Assembly (NCBI GenBank): GCA_023700255.1
Contig: JAJPRD010000004.1
Span: forward strand, 12,093 to 76,092
DNA length: 64,000 bases
Origin: Candidatus Thalassarchaeaceae archaeon
Lineage (GTDB): Archaea > Thermoplasmatota > Poseidoniia > Poseidoniales > Thalassarchaeaceae
Reading direction: 5' to 3'
A model generated the notes under the pieces. That model made no database searches, was not told the DNA's origin, and saw only the letters and a list, made by a program, of their open reading frames with translations. Positions 1 to 9,752 of this stretch are shown piece after piece. The stretch's first letter is position 1. Every line of letters begins with the position of its first letter. A program made the position numbers and the translations under genes.

Positions 1-1715
1 TGCAAATTAATATTCAAAGTCCCTGCTAATGCGTAAGCAACAACCAATGGAGGGCTTGCAAGATAGTTCGCTTTGATCTTTTGATGAATACGGCCTTCAA
101 AATTACGATTACCTGAGAGCACACTACCGACGATAAGGTCCGCTTCATCAATTGCATTTTCGATATCCTCATCAAGAGGACCAGAATTGCCAATACAAGT
201 CGTACAACCATAGCCAACTACATTGAATCCTAGAGCTGATAAATCTTCAGTTAACCCTGCTGCATCAAAATATTCAGTCACAACTCGACTGCCAGGTGCT
301 AAACTAGGTCTAACCCATGGCTTGATTTCAAGTCCTTTTCTTCGAGCATTTCTAGCTAACAAACCAGCAGCCAACATAACGCTTGGATTACTGGTATTCG
401 TACAACTTGTTATTGCTGCAATAACAATATCTCCATGTTGTAGTTCTATATCTCTAGACTCAATATAATATGAATCATCATTATTAATTGGGTCAATACC
501 ATGCCCTTTATGACCGGATGGCGAATTTAGACAATCAGCCCAATGTGTTTTCATGTTCGATAAATCAACACGATCTTGAGGTCTTTTCGGACCTGCTAGG
601 GCGGGTTCAACGGTACTCAAATCTAGTGAAATTGAAGAGGTGAAATTAGGAACAGGGGTATTATCGGTATGAAATAATCCTTGAGCACTTAGATACCTCT
701 TAACATTCTCAATATGAGAACTATCTCTACCTGAAAGATGCATATAATCAAGAGTTATTTGGTCGACCGGAAAGAAACCACAAGTCGCCCCATACTCAGG
801 AGCCATGTTGGCAATAGTAGCTCTATCTGGAAGGCTAAGATTAGCCATACCAGATCCATAAAATTCCACAAATTTAGATACCACTCCATGACCTCTAAGT
901 ATCTCTACAATTCTCAAAGTCATATCTGTAGCAGTCACACCTGCTCCTAATGAACCAGTTAACTCAAAGCCTACCACTTCAGGTAAAAGCATGTAGATAG
1001 GTTGGCCAAGCATTACTGCTTCGGCTTCTATTCCACCTACACCCCATCCCAAAACTCCAAGACCGTTAATCATAGTAGTATGAGAATCTGTACCTACAAG
1101 AGAATCTGGTATCCATAAATCATTTTCTAAACGAGCGACACTTGCGATCCACTCAAGATTCACTTGATGTACAATCCCTCTACCTGGAGGTACTGCACGG
1201 AAGTTATCAAGACTCATTTGTCCCCACTTAAGAAACTTATATCTCTCCATATTACGCTTGTATTCAATCTCAAGATTTTTTTCTCTAGCATCGGCGAATA
1301 ATCCTGAAACATCTACTTGTACTGAATGATCTATTACTAAATCAACTGGCACCTGAGGATTAACTTTCTCAGGGTCTCCACCTAATTCTACCATTGCGTC
1401 TCTGAGTGCAGCAATATCGACCACAGCCGGTACACCTGTGAAATCTTGAAGAATTACTCTACTAGGATTGAATGGAATTTCTTCAGGCTTCATTGTAGGA
1501 GACCAAGCGGCTATTCTCTCGACATCGTCTTTTGTTACAAGAAAACCATCGCATTTTCTAAGTGCTGATTCCAATAATATTCTAATTGTAAATGGGAGTT
1601 CATCTAATTTGCAAAGTCCTTGCTCTTCGAGTTTTTTAAGAGACATAAATGAGGCTTTATCGCCAGAATACGTCTCAAATAATGACTTCGCAGAATACAA
1701 ATCTTCGGCAACCAT
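1..1715 (-). CDS. acnA: aconitate hydratase (AcnA/IRP type), N-terminal ~570 aa; gene continues past the left window edge
   Basis: Absent from the ORF track because it has no in-window stop. My minus-strand translation from the ATG at 1715-1713 reads [23 protein letters not shown]... It contains [43 protein letters not shown] and [12 protein letters not shown], which are aconitase Fe-S ligand motifs. The short track ORFs in 26-1761 are antisense or out-of-frame noise. Confidence 0.9.
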   Translation of the reverse strand, partial: MVAEDLYSAKSLFETYSGDKASFMSLKKLEEQGLCKLDELPFTIRILLESALRKCDGFLVTKDDVERIAAWSPTMKPEEIPFNPSRVILQDFTGVPAVVDIAALRDAMVELGGDPEKVNPQVPVDLVIDHSVQVDVSGLFADAREKNLEIEYKRNMERYKFLKWGQMSLDNFRAVPPGRGIVHQVNLEWIASVARLENDLWIPDSLVGTDSHTTMINGLGVLGWGVGGIEAEAVMLGQPIYMLLPEVVGFELTGSLGAGVTATDMTLRIVEILRGHGVVSKFVEFYGSGMANLSLPDRATIANMAPEYGATCGFFPVDQITLDYMHLSGRDSSHIENVKRYLSAQGLFHTDNTPVPNFTSSISLDLSTVEPALAGPKRPQDRVDLSNMKTHWADCLNSPSGHKGHGIDPINNDDSYYIESRDIELQHGDIVIAAITSCTNTSNPSVMLAAGLLARNARRKGLEIKPWVRPSLAPGSRVVTEYFDAAGLTEDLSALGFNVVGYGCTTCIGNSGPLDEDIENAIDEADLIVGSVLSGNRNFEGRIHQKIKANYLASPPLVVAYALAGTLNINL

Positions 1716-1794
1716 GATAATAGCCGCTAAGATACAGCACAAGAATATGTCTAATCAATGAGCACTAATCTATACTTCCAAATAAATAATGGAA

Positions 1795-2823
1795 TCAGGA
1801 AATCGTCACGGTAAGAAGGCGTACTTCAAAAGTAGGTCGATCATTGTCTTCAGTTGAAACGTCGCTGATTGCAGTCACTGAACTAAGACCACTAGATACT
1901 TTTCCAAACACAGTATGAACTCCATCAAGATGACTAGGGTTACTATCCTCTGGCACTATGAAGAATTGACTCCCACCAGTGTTAGGGGAACTGGTCTTGG
2001 CCATCGATATGACCCCTGGTTGATGTGTTAATCCATTATCTGCTTCATCACCTATAGTCCAAGATTTCTGATCACATTCATCGGAACTGGATGCAGCAGT
2101 ACCATCACAGTAACCATACCACTTGTATGCGTAACCCCCACTCCCAGTACCAGATTCAAAATCGCCGCCTTGCACCATAAAAGCATCAATTACTCTATGG
2201 AATATAGTGGCATCATAAGTGCCAGAGTCAGACAAACCGATGAAATTTTCTACATGATCAGGGGCAGCTTCAGAATTCAAATCAATAACAATAGTTGCAG
2301 TAGTTCGAGAATTTTCATCCATTCCATTAGGAACATAAGATATTTTCATTGTAGCCTGAGTACCAGAAACTGGTTGCTCATCCCAAAAATCTGCAAGAAC
2401 CTTAACGGAAGATAAGAGTAGTAATGATGCGACCAAAATTACCAACAATCCTAATGGAGTTGGACTACCATTATCTAAGACTTGGAAAGATTGGCCAATG
2501 GAAATTCCTTCTTGGTCCATTATAGATGTGAGCTTACCTCTCTCTCGAAGAGTTTCTTTTGATTTAGAGTCAAGTTTTAGAGCATTAGAATAATTCTTAT
2601 ATGCACGTTTCAAATGCGCCTTTCTGGAACCTGAATCTAGGTCTGCTAAAATCACATAAACATTAGCTGCTTTGGACATAGTTTTGGCTCTCTGTACATC
2701 GTTTTCACAAGAATCCCAAGCAACAGAACGAAGTATCTCTAATGCCTTATTTGGATTGTCATGATAAGCAAGTTCAGTATTCGCATCATCCCAAGCATTC
2801 TGCAGTTTTTCGGAGACTGACAT
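1795..2823 (-). CDS. membrane-anchored cyclophilin-type peptidyl-prolyl cis-trans isomerase
   Basis: C-terminal half has the cyclophilin motifs FHRVIDAFMVQGGDF and GGSQFFIV. The N-terminal ~130 aa is helical and TPR-like. A single TM segment follows (LGLLVILVASLLLLSSV). Confidence 0.85.
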   Translation of the reverse strand: MSVSEKLQNAWDDANTELAYHDNPNKALEILRSVAWDSCENDVQRAKTMSKAANVYVILADLDSGSRKAHLKRAYKNYSNALKLDSKSKETLRERGKLTSIMDQEGISIGQSFQVLDNGSPTPLGLLVILVASLLLLSSVKVLADFWDEQPVSGTQATMKISYVPNGMDENSRTTATIVIDLNSEAAPDHVENFIGLSDSGTYDATIFHRVIDAFMVQGGDFESGTGSGGYAYKWYGYCDGTAASSSDECDQKSWTIGDEADNGLTHQPGVISMAKTSSPNTGGSQFFIVPEDSNPSHLDGVHTVFGKVSSGLSSVTAISDVSTEDNDRPTFEVRLLTVTIS

Positions 2824-2929
2824 AGCACCTCGGAGAGTAATCTAATAAAAAACTACAACGGAGGTTGTTTTATCAATTAAGTCGAGAAATTACGGATTGG
2901 TCAACGGCAATGCATAAGACCGGCCTGCT

Positions 2930-4777
2930 ATGGCAGATGACTCACGCAAGCACCTAACGGGCGACTGTACCAATGGAGAATGTGAAGTAATGACCACTCG
3001 AGTTAATGATTTTACCATCAATATAGCAACAGCAAATGGGACGGGTTCTCAATCCGCAAATCTAATAATATTACATTCAATGTATGAAATGGGTGTCCCA
3101 GTAAGTGGTAAGAATTTATTTCCAAGCAATATTTCTGGGTTACCAACTTGGTTCATAATAAGAGCGAGTGATGCAGGATACCAGGCACCTGGTGACTATA
3201 CACATATTCAGATAATGATGAATAAAGACACCTGGGAAAAAGATATGAATAATCTAGAACCAGGGACAGTAATTATTTACAATCAAGATGCAAAATTACC
3301 AGTTGATAGAGATGATTGCATCGCTCTCCCAATGCCGATGACTAAAATGGCGCGGTCAATAAGTCCTAAGATGGCTAAAATAATAGCAAACATGTACTAT
3401 GTTGGAGCGCTAGCACATATTTTGAAAATTGATGAAAAGGCAATAAAAGCAGCGGTTTCTCTTCAATTCGCAGGTAAAGAAAAGGCAATAGAATGGAATT
3501 TGCAGGCAATTGCAGAAGGTAAAGCATTTGCTGAAGAAAATTGGGATTATGAGTCAGAATACCTTGCAGAAGCAAGAGATAAAGATCCAAATACATTCCT
3601 CATTGAAGGAAATGAAGCGACTGCTTTAGGAGCAATATATGGAGGTATTAATATGCTATCTTGGTACCCAATTACACCATCATCTGGAGTTGCAGAATCT
3701 ATAATCAATTGGATTCCAGAATTGCGCGAAGCAGAAGATGGTGGCGCGACATGTGCGGTAGTTCAAGCGGAAGATGAATTAGCTGCCGCAGGTATGGTAC
3801 TAGGTGCCGGATGGGCAGGGGGACGTGGCATGACCTGCACTAGTGGCCCTGGTATTTCTTTAATGTCTGAATTTATTGGACTATTTTACTTCTCAGAAGT
3901 CCCAGGTGTAATATGGGACATCAATAGAGTGGGGCCATCAACAGGACTACCTACAAGAACTCAACAAGGAGATTTATCAATGCTTTATGAGGCAAGTCAT
4001 GGAGATACACAACATATAGTACTGATACCAGGAACTGTTGACGAATGTTTCGAATTTGGTTGGAGAGCTTTCGACTATGCCGATAGATTCCAGACTATGG
4101 TTTTTGGATTTGGAGATTTAGATTTAGGTATGAATAGATGGACTACAGCAGGATTCGAATATCCTGACAAACCAATGGATAGAGGTAAAGTCATTAGAAG
4201 TCAAGAACAAATGGATGCAATAGAAAATTATGGCCGTTATAGAGACGTAGATGGTGATGGCATAGCTTACAGAACACTACCAGGAAGTGGTTTAGATCCT
4301 ATCCTTTACCGTGGTACTGGCCATGATGAAGAGGGGGTTTATTCAGAGGACCCTAAAGTATACCATGCTACAATGGAAAGACTAAAGAGAAAAATTGAAG
4401 GTGCTAGAGATCACCTACCAGCCCCTATAATTAGAGAAGAAAAAGAGAAAAGTATTGGAATTATATTCTATGGCTCGATGGAAAATATGATTGTAGAAAT
4501 TGATGACATGTTAGAACAAACTGGACTTTCAGTAAGCACATGTAGAGTTCGTGCTTTGCCTTACCATTCAAAAGTTGAATCATTTATTCAAGGACATGAA
4601 AAAGTGATTGTTTTGGAAATGAATCGTGATGGTCAACTATTTGGCATCTTAAGAAAGGAGTTGCCAGTACATTTACTAGCAAAAATACAAAGTGTCGCAT
4701 ACAGCGATGGATTACCACCAAGAGCGAGAATTTACTCTGATATGATTCTTGAAACTTTAGATGAGGTGAGATTATGA
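2930..4777 (+). CDS. korA: 2-oxoacid:ferredoxin oxidoreductase, alpha subunit (fused gamma+alpha type)
   Basis: 615 aa. Typical OFOR alpha/gamma sequence: INIATANGTGSQSAN, EGNEATALGAIYGG, YPITPSS, GGRGMTCTSGPGISLM. Its stop overlaps the start of the beta subunit (ATGA at 4774-4777). Confidence 0.9.
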   Translation: MADDSRKHLTGDCTNGECEVMTTRVNDFTINIATANGTGSQSANLIILHSMYEMGVPVSGKNLFPSNISGLPTWFIIRASDAGYQAPGDYTHIQIMMNKDTWEKDMNNLEPGTVIIYNQDAKLPVDRDDCIALPMPMTKMARSISPKMAKIIANMYYVGALAHILKIDEKAIKAAVSLQFAGKEKAIEWNLQAIAEGKAFAEENWDYESEYLAEARDKDPNTFLIEGNEATALGAIYGGINMLSWYPITPSSGVAESIINWIPELREAEDGGATCAVVQAEDELAAAGMVLGAGWAGGRGMTCTSGPGISLMSEFIGLFYFSEVPGVIWDINRVGPSTGLPTRTQQGDLSMLYEASHGDTQHIVLIPGTVDECFEFGWRAFDYADRFQTMVFGFGDLDLGMNRWTTAGFEYPDKPMDRGKVIRSQEQMDAIENYGRYRDVDGDGIAYRTLPGSGLDPILYRGTGHDEEGVYSEDPKVYHATMERLKRKIEGARDHLPAPIIREEKEKSIGIIFYGSMENMIVEIDDMLEQTGLSVSTCRVRALPYHSKVESFIQGHEKVIVLEMNRDGQLFGILRKELPVHLLAKIQSVAYSDGLPPRARIYSDMILETLDEVRL

Positions 4778-5808
4778 GCATTTTAAAATTAAATGTGATA
4801 AACTTAGAAAAATCAGAATATAAAGGTGGAAAGTCATCTCTATGTCCCGGATGTGGACATGACCAAATATCAAATGTAATTATTCAGGCTGCTTGGGAAA
4901 ATGGAATTAAACCAGAGGGGATTGCTAAAATGAGCGGAATTGGATGCTCATCAAAGACGCCTGCTTATTTCCTAGGTAAAAGTCATGGATTTAATACCGT
5001 ACATGGGAGAATGCCATCAGTTACAACTGGAGCAAATATGGTTAACAAAGATCTATCATTCTTGGCAGTATCTGGAGATGGAGACACTGCGAGCATAGGT
5101 ATAGGACAATTCATTCATGCAATTCGAAGAAATATAGATATGGTCTATATTATTGAAAATAATGGTGTTTATGGACTAACTAAAGGGCAGTATAGCGCTA
5201 CCGTAGAAAAAGGCTCTAAGAAGAAAAAAGGAGCTACAAATGAACAACCACCTATCGATTTATGCGCAATGGCTGTAAATTTGGGATGTAGTTTCGTAGC
5301 ACGATCATTTTCAGGAAGTAAAAAACAACTTACTACATTGTTAAGAGCTGCTATGAGCCATAAAGGCATGGCAATTATCGATGTTATATCTCCATGTGTT
5401 ACGTTTGCCAATAATGATGAATCATATAAATCTTATAATTATGTCAAAGAAAACGAGGAAATCCTACATATTGCCGATTATATCGCTCATTTCTCACCTA
5501 TCGAGGCAGTAGAAATACCAGCAGGTGAATACAGAGAGATCAAACTTTTCGATGGCTCATTGTTAAGATTAGAAACTGTTGGTAATGAACATGACCCTAC
5601 GGAGCCAGTAGACGCACTGAGAGCGATACATGAGGCTGATAAAGAAGGTAGGCATGTTACTGGTTTACTGTATTATAACCCAGATAAAAAAACTGCTACC
5701 GAGACTTTAGGCCTAAGTGAAACTCCTTTGATGGCTCTTCCAGATTCTGAATTAAGGCCAAGTAAAGATAGTTTAGAACAATTAAATACAAGTTTTAGAA
5801 CTAACTGA
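4774..5808 (+). CDS. korB: 2-oxoacid:ferredoxin oxidoreductase, beta (TPP-binding) subunit
   Basis: 344 aa. N-terminal CPGCGH, and the TPP-binding motif SGDGDTASIG...ENNGVYGLTKGQ. Translationally coupled to korA. Confidence 0.9.
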   Translation: MSILKLNVINLEKSEYKGGKSSLCPGCGHDQISNVIIQAAWENGIKPEGIAKMSGIGCSSKTPAYFLGKSHGFNTVHGRMPSVTTGANMVNKDLSFLAVSGDGDTASIGIGQFIHAIRRNIDMVYIIENNGVYGLTKGQYSATVEKGSKKKKGATNEQPPIDLCAMAVNLGCSFVARSFSGSKKQLTTLLRAAMSHKGMAIIDVISPCVTFANNDESYKSYNYVKENEEILHIADYIAHFSPIEAVEIPAGEYREIKLFDGSLLRLETVGNEHDPTEPVDALRAIHEADKEGRHVTGLLYYNPDKKTATETLGLSETPLMALPDSELRPSKDSLEQLNTSFRTN

Positions 5809-5865
5809 TGATTTACTTTTAGCATCGGATTTCTTGAAATAGAGATGCCATCTCGGAGAGTCGTT

Positions 5866-5941
5866 AGTCCCTTAGTGTAGTGGTCCATCATGTGGGGTTC
5901 TGGATCCCATGACCCTGGTTCGAATCCGGGAGGGACTACCA
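5866..5941 (+). tRNA. tRNA-Gln (anticodon CTG), CCA encoded
   Basis: Hand-folded cloverleaf. Acceptor stem AGTCCCT/AGGGACT. Anticodon stem TGGGG/TCCCA with loop TTCTGGA (anticodon CTG). T arm CCTGG-TTCGAAT-CCGGG. Discriminator A followed by CCA. The D arm GTGTAGTGGTCCATCAT is typical of archaeal tRNA-Gln. Confidence 0.85.
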
Positions 5942-5942
5942 A

Positions 5943-6140
5943 TTACAAATCTAGTGAACGAGTCAATAACTGAGATGCCCAACTTAACATTATTACTATC
6001 ATAAACCAACCTAAAGTGATTTTAGCCCAAGGCTTGGATTCTTTGATTGGAGGAAAGGGGTCGATACCTGCCTCGAGCGCAGCAGCTATTATCTCTAATT
6101 CGTCTTCAATAGTTTCTGGCTGCTTCATATTATCACTCAA
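5943..6140 (-). CDS. hypothetical small membrane protein (65 aa)
   Basis: ORF only. It has an acidic N-terminus and one predicted TM (ITLGWFMIVIMLSWASQLL). Its start overlaps the stop of the upstream aldo/keto reductase by 4 nt, which suggests coupling. No recognisable family. Confidence 0.35.
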   Translation of the reverse strand: MSDNMKQPETIEDELEIIAAALEAGIDPFPPIKESKPWAKITLGWFMIVIMLSWASQLLTRSLDL

Positions 6141-6985
6141 GGTTCAGTAGTAGGATCCCATCCAGAGACATATGATTCTTCAAGTGAAGAAAAATCATCA
6201 TTGAAATAAGATATATCGAAATTTAAAGACTCTAAATTCTCAGTTATTCGTCCATAATTACTAGATTTGGGGATTGTTATTGAGCCAGTGTCATAAACCC
6301 ATTTTATAGCTGCCTGGGCTGAAGTGCAACCTACGGACTCTGCTATCTTTAAGATGGCTGAATCATTGACTTTTTGCCCTCTTGCTAATGGCGAATAACC
6401 CATTGGTACTGCACCAATATCAATTGTAGCTTTTCTTAACTCATGTCTTGGTAACCAAGGATGTATTTCTATTTGATTAACAGCAGGTAAAATTGTTGCA
6501 TAATCCCTCATCGCCTCAAGGTGAGCTTTGCCATAATTCGAAACGCCAATAGAACGCGTTAAACCAATTTTCATACATTCTTCCATGGCTCTCCATACAT
6601 CTGCTCTAACTGAAATATCTTCAGGGGGTGCATGAACAAGATAAAGATCAATATAATCCAGATTTAATCGTTCTAAACTTTCGCGACATCTTTGTAATGT
6701 TTCATCATAGCTTGTGGCATGTACTCTTCGTAATTTCGTGACTACAAAAATTTCTTCTCTAGAGATTTTCGACTCTCTAATCGCTTCACCAACCGCCTCT
6801 TCATTACCATAAGCTGTTGCAGTGTCGATTAACCTATACCCTTGATTGAGTGCATGAATAACAGAGGATTTGCATTCTTCACCATTCATTTGCCAAACAC
6901 CAAGACCGAACCTTGGCATTACTATTTCAAACAGTTTTGAACCCGTTTCAGTATCGCTATGACCTATCATCACATGGTCAACCAT
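6137..6985 (-). CDS. aldo/keto reductase (2,5-diketo-D-gluconate reductase-like)
   Basis: 282 aa. AKR signature stretches: GLGVWQM, GYRLIDTATAYGNEEAVG, IFVVTKL, DYIDLYLVHAP, IGVSNY, NQIEIHPW, ITIPKSS. Confidence 0.9.
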   Translation of the reverse strand: MVDHVMIGHSDTETGSKLFEIVMPRFGLGVWQMNGEECKSSVIHALNQGYRLIDTATAYGNEEAVGEAIRESKISREEIFVVTKLRRVHATSYDETLQRCRESLERLNLDYIDLYLVHAPPEDISVRADVWRAMEECMKIGLTRSIGVSNYGKAHLEAMRDYATILPAVNQIEIHPWLPRHELRKATIDIGAVPMGYSPLARGQKVNDSAILKIAESVGCTSAQAAIKWVYDTGSITIPKSSNYGRITENLESLNFDISYFNDDFSSLEESYVSGWDPTTEP

Positions 6986-7058
6986 GATACTCGATTGACC
7001 TACTAAACTTGAGTCATTCGACGTGCTAGTTTGAAACCAGTAACCTTCTCGAGAGTAT

Positions 7059-8606
7059 ATGGGCGAGTTACCAGAAGGTGTAGAACTACCCTATGCCAAA
7101 GTGGCAACACCTAGACCTTCAGCATCTCTAATCGTCAGTAGGATTAACTCAGGGAAAGAAGAAATTCTTCTATGTCACAGAGTTTCTGAAGTACCGGCTT
7201 TTCCGGATTTTTGGGCATTCCCTGGCGGCGGAGTAAGTCGTGTAGATAAAAAATTAGCAGAAGAAGAGCCTGATTGGTTTGCGCATACAAATAATGCAGT
7301 TTCAACTATAACATTGTTGAGGGAATTAGTTGAAGAAGTAGGATTTTCACCAAATGGAAAAGGCTCTTTGGAATTAGTAGATAAAGAAATACAAGAAGAA
7401 ATATGTAAAGATAAGAATGCATGGGGAGATTTCGTTAAAAGAGGATTGTTGAAAATTGAGAATTTTAACTCACAAATAATTGCAGAGCGTACTATGCCAC
7501 CTCTCGCACCTGTAAGATTTACGAATACTTTTCACCATTTATCAATAGGGAACTCAACAATCGAACCAAGATTCACGGAGGGATTATCTGAATTCGACGA
7601 ATACAAGTGGTGGCAACCGAAAGAACTCCTCAAATGTTGGCTGAAGCATGAAGTAAGATTGCCTCCCCCTCAAGTTACTTTGACCAGACGCATAGTTCAA
7701 GCAATTGATGAATTTGGAAATTTAAAGGCTGCATTTGAAAAAATAGCTGAAAATCCGTCAAAAGGATACCATATCTTAGAATTCGCACCAGGGGTTGAAT
7801 GTTTACCCTTACCAACTCAAACACTACCACCTGCAACTCATACTAATTGTTATGTTTTAGGAGTTGCAGGCGGAGAAAGAGTGATTATCGACCCAGCGGC
7901 AAAAAGTAAAGAAGCATTAGAAATTTTAAGAAGAAAGGTAGATGAAATTGAGCGAACTGGAAGTAAAATAATTGCTACAATATTTACCCATAAACATCCT
8001 GATCATATTGGAAATTTAGGTGAAATTTCAAAGATATATCAGGCACCTATATGGGCGAGTAAAGAAACACTGGAAGTAATTCCTAAATGTAACACTGATA
8101 TGATACTAAAAGAAGAAGATTCTTTTGAATTAATAGGAGAAGGTGAATCAGTACTTTGGAGAGTAATTGAGACACATGGACATTGTCCTGGACATATTTG
8201 CTTGAGTGGCGATGCAGGAATTATCAGTGGAGATAATGTAACAGTCATTGGAACTATCCTTGTACCTTCAAGTGATGGTGATATGAATCAATACCTAGAT
8301 GGTTTGGAGAGAATCAAAAATCTCAATCCACCCTTATTATTCCCTGGACATGGCCCATTTTCTGCAAATCCTCAAAGACTACTGGACAGATATATTAGAC
8401 ATAGGAGTAAAAGACATCAGGCAGTTTTTGATGCTGTAAGAAATAATTATACCGAATTGGAATCTATTGCTAAGAAAGCATATGAAGATACTCCTGAAGC
8501 GCACCCAATGTTATTAATTGATCAAACATTATCGCATCTAAAAGGACATATTAAATCCGATGATATTAGAAATGAAAATGGCAAATATTCGGTAAATATG
8601 CGTTAA
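7059..8606 (+). CDS. Nudix-like domain fused to a metallo-beta-lactamase-fold hydrolase
   Basis: 515 aa. The N-terminal part has a Nudix-box remnant (FPGGGV...LRELVEEVGF). The C-terminal part has the MBL motif HKHPDHIG plus ETHGHCPGH and later His/Asp positions (PGHGP). Confidence 0.8.
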   Translation: MGELPEGVELPYAKVATPRPSASLIVSRINSGKEEILLCHRVSEVPAFPDFWAFPGGGVSRVDKKLAEEEPDWFAHTNNAVSTITLLRELVEEVGFSPNGKGSLELVDKEIQEEICKDKNAWGDFVKRGLLKIENFNSQIIAERTMPPLAPVRFTNTFHHLSIGNSTIEPRFTEGLSEFDEYKWWQPKELLKCWLKHEVRLPPPQVTLTRRIVQAIDEFGNLKAAFEKIAENPSKGYHILEFAPGVECLPLPTQTLPPATHTNCYVLGVAGGERVIIDPAAKSKEALEILRRKVDEIERTGSKIIATIFTHKHPDHIGNLGEISKIYQAPIWASKETLEVIPKCNTDMILKEEDSFELIGEGESVLWRVIETHGHCPGHICLSGDAGIISGDNVTVIGTILVPSSDGDMNQYLDGLERIKNLNPPLLFPGHGPFSANPQRLLDRYIRHRSKRHQAVFDAVRNNYTELESIAKKAYEDTPEAHPMLLIDQTLSHLKGHIKSDDIRNENGKYSVNMR

Positions 8607-8676
8607 TCTACGCTTCATCCGGGTTAATGTTGAATAGGTAATGATTGTTAGGGGTCACATAAATAGGAGTTTTTCC

Positions 8677-9723
8677 ATGGCTGATGATAAATGGTGGGTT
8701 AAAGCAGAATCCGAAAAAGAGGCTATTAATTCTAAAGAAGAAGTAGAAGAAATGATGAATCATACCGAAATGATGAAAATCAAAAGAGAAGAAGAAATAG
8801 CACAAGCACAGCATGAATTCAATATGAGTGAAATAAATCAAGAAATGCTAGAAACAGAAGCCGGAAGTGAAACTCCGGAAATGAATAATCAAAATGCTGT
8901 GACAAAACAAAAGGAGAAAGAAGGGCTATTTAGCTGGATGACAGATGACCCAGGATATCTTTTCCTAGCAATTATTGTTTCTTTAGGCCTTGTAGGATCA
9001 ATCCTTGGTTCAATATTGACACCAGGTGTAGATGAAATATGGGAAATTACTGATGCAACCGTCCTAGAGGGGACGGAGTGGATAGAATATGACCGTTCTT
9101 ACGAAGAATGTTCAGATTATGATGATTATGATAATTATTGCTACGGAGAATGGTACTGGGTATATTCATATGAATGCTATGCTGATGTTTACTACAATTA
9201 TTCAGTCACAGGTACAGAATATTTTGGTGAATATTATTTATTTATAGGCGAATTTGGAGAATATTGTTTAGAACACGTTCAGTATGATATTATTCCAATT
9301 AATTCGACTCAGGACGCATGGTATAAAATTGAAGAGAATGAGATGAGTCAACTTGAACCACCAAGTGACGCTGGCTCATTCCTTGCATTCTTGGGCCTAT
9401 GTTGCTTACTACCTATTTTGCTAAGTTTACTATTCTTTATGTATTTTGAGGGGAATAATGATGAATATCACAATTCATCCTCTAACGGCAGTAATGAACT
9501 CCATCATTACCATCACGGAGGAGGAATTATGGGCGGAATATATTATGGAAGCCCATGGTATAGAAGACCATGGTTCCATCGTCGAAGAAGTAGAAGGAGA
9601 ATGCGAATTTCGGTTGGTGGAGGTCGTCGCTCAAGTGGCGGAGGTCGTCGCTCAAGTGGCGGAGGTCGTCGCTCAGGTGGCGGAGGTCGTCGCTCAGGTG
9701 GCGGCGGAAGAAGATCTCGCTGA
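8677..9723 (+). CDS. two-TM membrane protein with Tyr/Cys/acidic-rich outer domain and C-terminal His/Gly + RGG/RS-like tail
   Basis: The track ORF starts at 8641. I prefer the ATG at 8677 (MADDKWW), which is preceded by AGGAG at 8665-8669. TM1 is LFLAIIVSLGLVGSILGSIL and TM2 is FLAFLGLCCLLPILLSLLFFMYF. The tail is HHYHHGGG...RRRSRRRMRISVGGGRRSSGGGRRSSGGGRRSGGGGRRSGGGGRRSR. The loop domain weakly resembles DUF3592-type proteins (Y-x-Y-x-V-x-G-x-EY). Confidence 0.7.
   Translation: MADDKWWVKAESEKEAINSKEEVEEMMNHTEMMKIKREEEIAQAQHEFNMSEINQEMLETEAGSETPEMNNQNAVTKQKEKEGLFSWMTDDPGYLFLAIIVSLGLVGSILGSILTPGVDEIWEITDATVLEGTEWIEYDRSYEECSDYDDYDNYCYGEWYWVYSYECYADVYYNYSVTGTEYFGEYYLFIGEFGEYCLEHVQYDIIPINSTQDAWYKIEENEMSQLEPPSDAGSFLAFLGLCCLLPILLSLLFFMYFEGNNDEYHNSSSNGSNELHHYHHGGGIMGGIYYGSPWYRRPWFHRRRSRRRMRISVGGGRRSSGGGRRSSGGGRRSGGGGRRSGGGGRRSR
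9619..9702 (+). repeat. 4 x 21-bp in-frame tandem repeat (GGAGGTCGTCGCTCA[A/G]GTGGC) encoding GGRRS[S/G]G
   Basis: Read directly from the sequence. Units lie at 9619-9639, 9640-9660, 9661-9681 and 9682-9702. Units 1-2 are identical to each other, units 3-3 likewise (3 and 4 identical), and the two pairs differ by one A/G. A degenerate fifth unit follows. The repeat is about two-thirds GC in a roughly 37% GC window. Confidence 0.95.
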
Positions 9724-9752
9724 TTTTGTAAATATGTTACGGAAGTGAAGAA

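Noticed and set aside
26-1761. Four short track ORFs (26-217, 223-468, 738-950, 1468-1761) in a region with no long listed ORF
   Set aside because: The region is fully explained by the edge-truncated aconitase gene on the minus strand. That gene is missing from the track only because it lacks an in-window stop.
5673-5942. 89-aa minus-strand ORF spanning the korB 3' end and the tRNA-Gln
   Set aside because: It overlaps a well-folded tRNA and the end of korB in antisense. Its sequence (PPGFEPGSWDP) is just the translated tRNA T-arm.
9619-9702. Short, near-perfect direct repeats that might be taken for a mini CRISPR array
   Set aside because: The units are contiguous with no spacers and are only 21 bp long. 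They are in frame inside a long ORF and translate to a coherent GGRRS(S/G)G repeat. This is a coding tandem repeat, not a CRISPR array.
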